Positions 62,954 to 64,000 of a DNA stretch of 64,000 nucleotides are shown here, in pieces. The DNA is from Candidatus Aldehydirespiratoraceae bacterium. GTDB taxonomy: Bacteria; Actinomycetota; Acidimicrobiia; Acidimicrobiales; Aldehydirespiratoraceae. The notes beneath the pieces were generated by a model. The model worked only from the letters and a program-made list of their open reading frames with translations. It did not search any database and was not told the origin of the DNA. The stretch lies in assembly GCA_965243715.1 (NCBI GenBank), contig CBDEVU010000007.1, positions 203,480 through 267,479 on the forward strand, written 5' to 3'. A program made the position numbers and the translations under genes. How positions within the stretch are numbered: the stretch's first letter is position 1; every line of letters begins with the position of its first letter.

Positions 62954-64000
62954 ATGAAACTAGCAATATTATCCCGCTCCCCACGCTCCTACAGCACTCA
63001 GCGTCTCGCCGCGGCAGCGCTTGAACGCGGCCACGAAGCGGTCAAACTCGACACTCTTCGGTTCGCCATTGATCTCTCGGGCCGAGAACCCGATCTGCAG
63101 TATCGAGGCCAACCCCTCGACGACTTTGATGCTGTCTTGCCCCGCATCGGCGCGTCGATCACCTTTTTCGGTCTCGCCGTCGTGCGCCAGTTCGAACAGA
63201 TGGATGTTTACACCCCCAGTCCGTCGAACGGTATTGCCAACTCGCGGGACAAACTGCGGGCTATCCAAGTACTTTCCCGTCACGAAGTAGCGATCCCGGC
63301 CACCACGTTCGTGCGTGATAGGGCCGATGTTTTAGCGGCCATCGAGCGCGTCGGCGGTGCCCCTGTTGTCATCAAACTCCTCGAGGGCACCCAGGGTATT
63401 GGGGTCATTCTCGCCCCCGATACCAAGGTCGCAGAGGCGGTCATCGAGACGCTTCAAAGCACCCGCCAGAACGTGCTCATTCAGCGTTTCGTCGCCGAGA
63501 GCAAGGGACGCGACGTGCGTGCCCTCGTGGTCGGCGATCGGGTGGTGGCCGCCATGCGTCGGATCGCCCGAGGGGACGAGTTTCGTTCGAACGTTCATCG
63601 CGGCGGCGTCACCGAGGCCGTCGAACTCGATGCGGAGTACACCGAGGTGGCGGTGAGGGCGGCCCAGATCATGGGGCTGCGGGTTGCGGGGGTCGACATG
63701 CTGGAATCCAACGACGGTCCGGTGGTGATGGAGGTCAACTCGTCCCCGGGATTTGAGGGCATAGAGAAGGCCACTGAACTCGATATTGCCGGGGCCATTA
63801 TCGACTACGTCGCCAACCAGGTGTCGTTCCCTGAGATCGATGTGCGTCAGCGGTTGAGTGTCTCGACCGGCTACGGGGTGGTTGAGTTATCCATCAACGA
63901 AGGGGCCACCATCCTCAACACGGCGACCACCATTGGTGAACTCAGAGACCAAGACATCTCGGTCCTCACTTTGCATCGGGGGCACACCGTGATTCCCAAT
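62954..64000 (+). CDS. rimK: RimK-type ATP-grasp alpha-L-glutamate ligase with a C-terminal TrkA-C-like extension (3' end off window)
   Basis: Absent from the ORF track because it has no stop in the window. My translation from ATG 62954 reads MKLAILSRSPRSYSTQRLAAAALERGHEAVKLDTLRF...VVIKLLEGTQGIGV...EFRSNVHRGG...GVDMLESNDGPVVMEVNSSPGFEGIE..., followed by ...GYGVVELSINEGATILNTATTIGELRDQDISVLTLHRGHTVIPN. Confidence 0.9.
   Translation, partial: MKLAILSRSPRSYSTQRLAAAALERGHEAVKLDTLRFAIDLSGREPDLQYRGQPLDDFDAVLPRIGASITFFGLAVVRQFEQMDVYTPSPSNGIANSRDKLRAIQVLSRHEVAIPATTFVRDRADVLAAIERVGGAPVVIKLLEGTQGIGVILAPDTKVAEAVIETLQSTRQNVLIQRFVAESKGRDVRALVVGDRVVAAMRRIARGDEFRSNVHRGGVTEAVELDAEYTEVAVRAAQIMGLRVAGVDMLESNDGPVVMEVNSSPGFEGIEKATELDIAGAIIDYVANQVSFPEIDVRQRLSVSTGYGVVELSINEGATILNTATTIGELRDQDISVLTLHRGHTVIPN

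Overview
This is a GC-rich, very gene-dense chromosomal segment with actinobacterial-type synteny. Many adjacent genes overlap by 1-4 nt at stop/start, and several convergent pairs share stop-codon nucleotides.

Gene content from left to right:
- 1-9.4 kb, housekeeping block: dnaG (partial), glyQS, recO, uppS, a DinG-like helicase, and the phoH-ybeY-CBS/CorC-era operon.
- 9.9-15.6 kb: a RamB-like regulator divergent from aceB-aceA (glyoxylate shunt), and a CFA-synthase-family methyltransferase.
- 15.6-16.0 kb: three tRNAs (Arg-TCT, His-GTG, Lys-CTT).
- 16.4-30.7 kb, carbohydrate/uronate locus: Gfo/Idh/MocA, two GMC oxidoreductases, a CUT1 ABC importer, GH88, a crotonase, a CoA-transferase, a LacI regulator, kdgK and eda.
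- 31.0-32.1 kb: a DUF222/HNH selfish-element gene.
- 32.2-38.2 kb: amidohydrolase, ALO-type FAD oxidase, D-Ser-dehydratase-like PLP enzyme, alanine dehydrogenase and an MFS transporter.
- 38.2-42.6 kb: a Tat-less molybdopterin oxidoreductase with a fused FeS/NrfD subunit.
- 42.7-50.8 kb: a ROK-regulated operon (M20 peptidase, CUT2-type ABC importer, YhfX-like PLP protein, PpgK-like kinase, EamA).
- 51.0-58.6 kb: mixed redox and sulfur/acyl genes.
- 58.7-60.3 kb: a small type II restriction-modification island with an AT-rich flank.
- 60.8-64.0 kb: dienelactone hydrolase, class II aldolase, a DUF1185 protein and rimK (partial).

No rRNA, CRISPR array, transposase or integrase was seen.

The most interesting signals:
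1. The palindrome TTGGATCGATCCAA recurs at three promoters of the uronate locus, suggesting a LacI regulon. The locus lacks kduI/kduD and instead carries a CoA-transferase and a crotonase.
2. Three unrelated short tandem-repeat arrays (15 bp, 16 bp and about 15 bp) sit in intergenic regions.
3. The molybdoenzyme appears to face the cytoplasm.
4. The ROK operon has an unusual gene mix.
5. The R-M island pairs the methyltransferase with a nuclease I cannot place in a family.

All functional calls come from reading translated motifs by eye. No database search was run.
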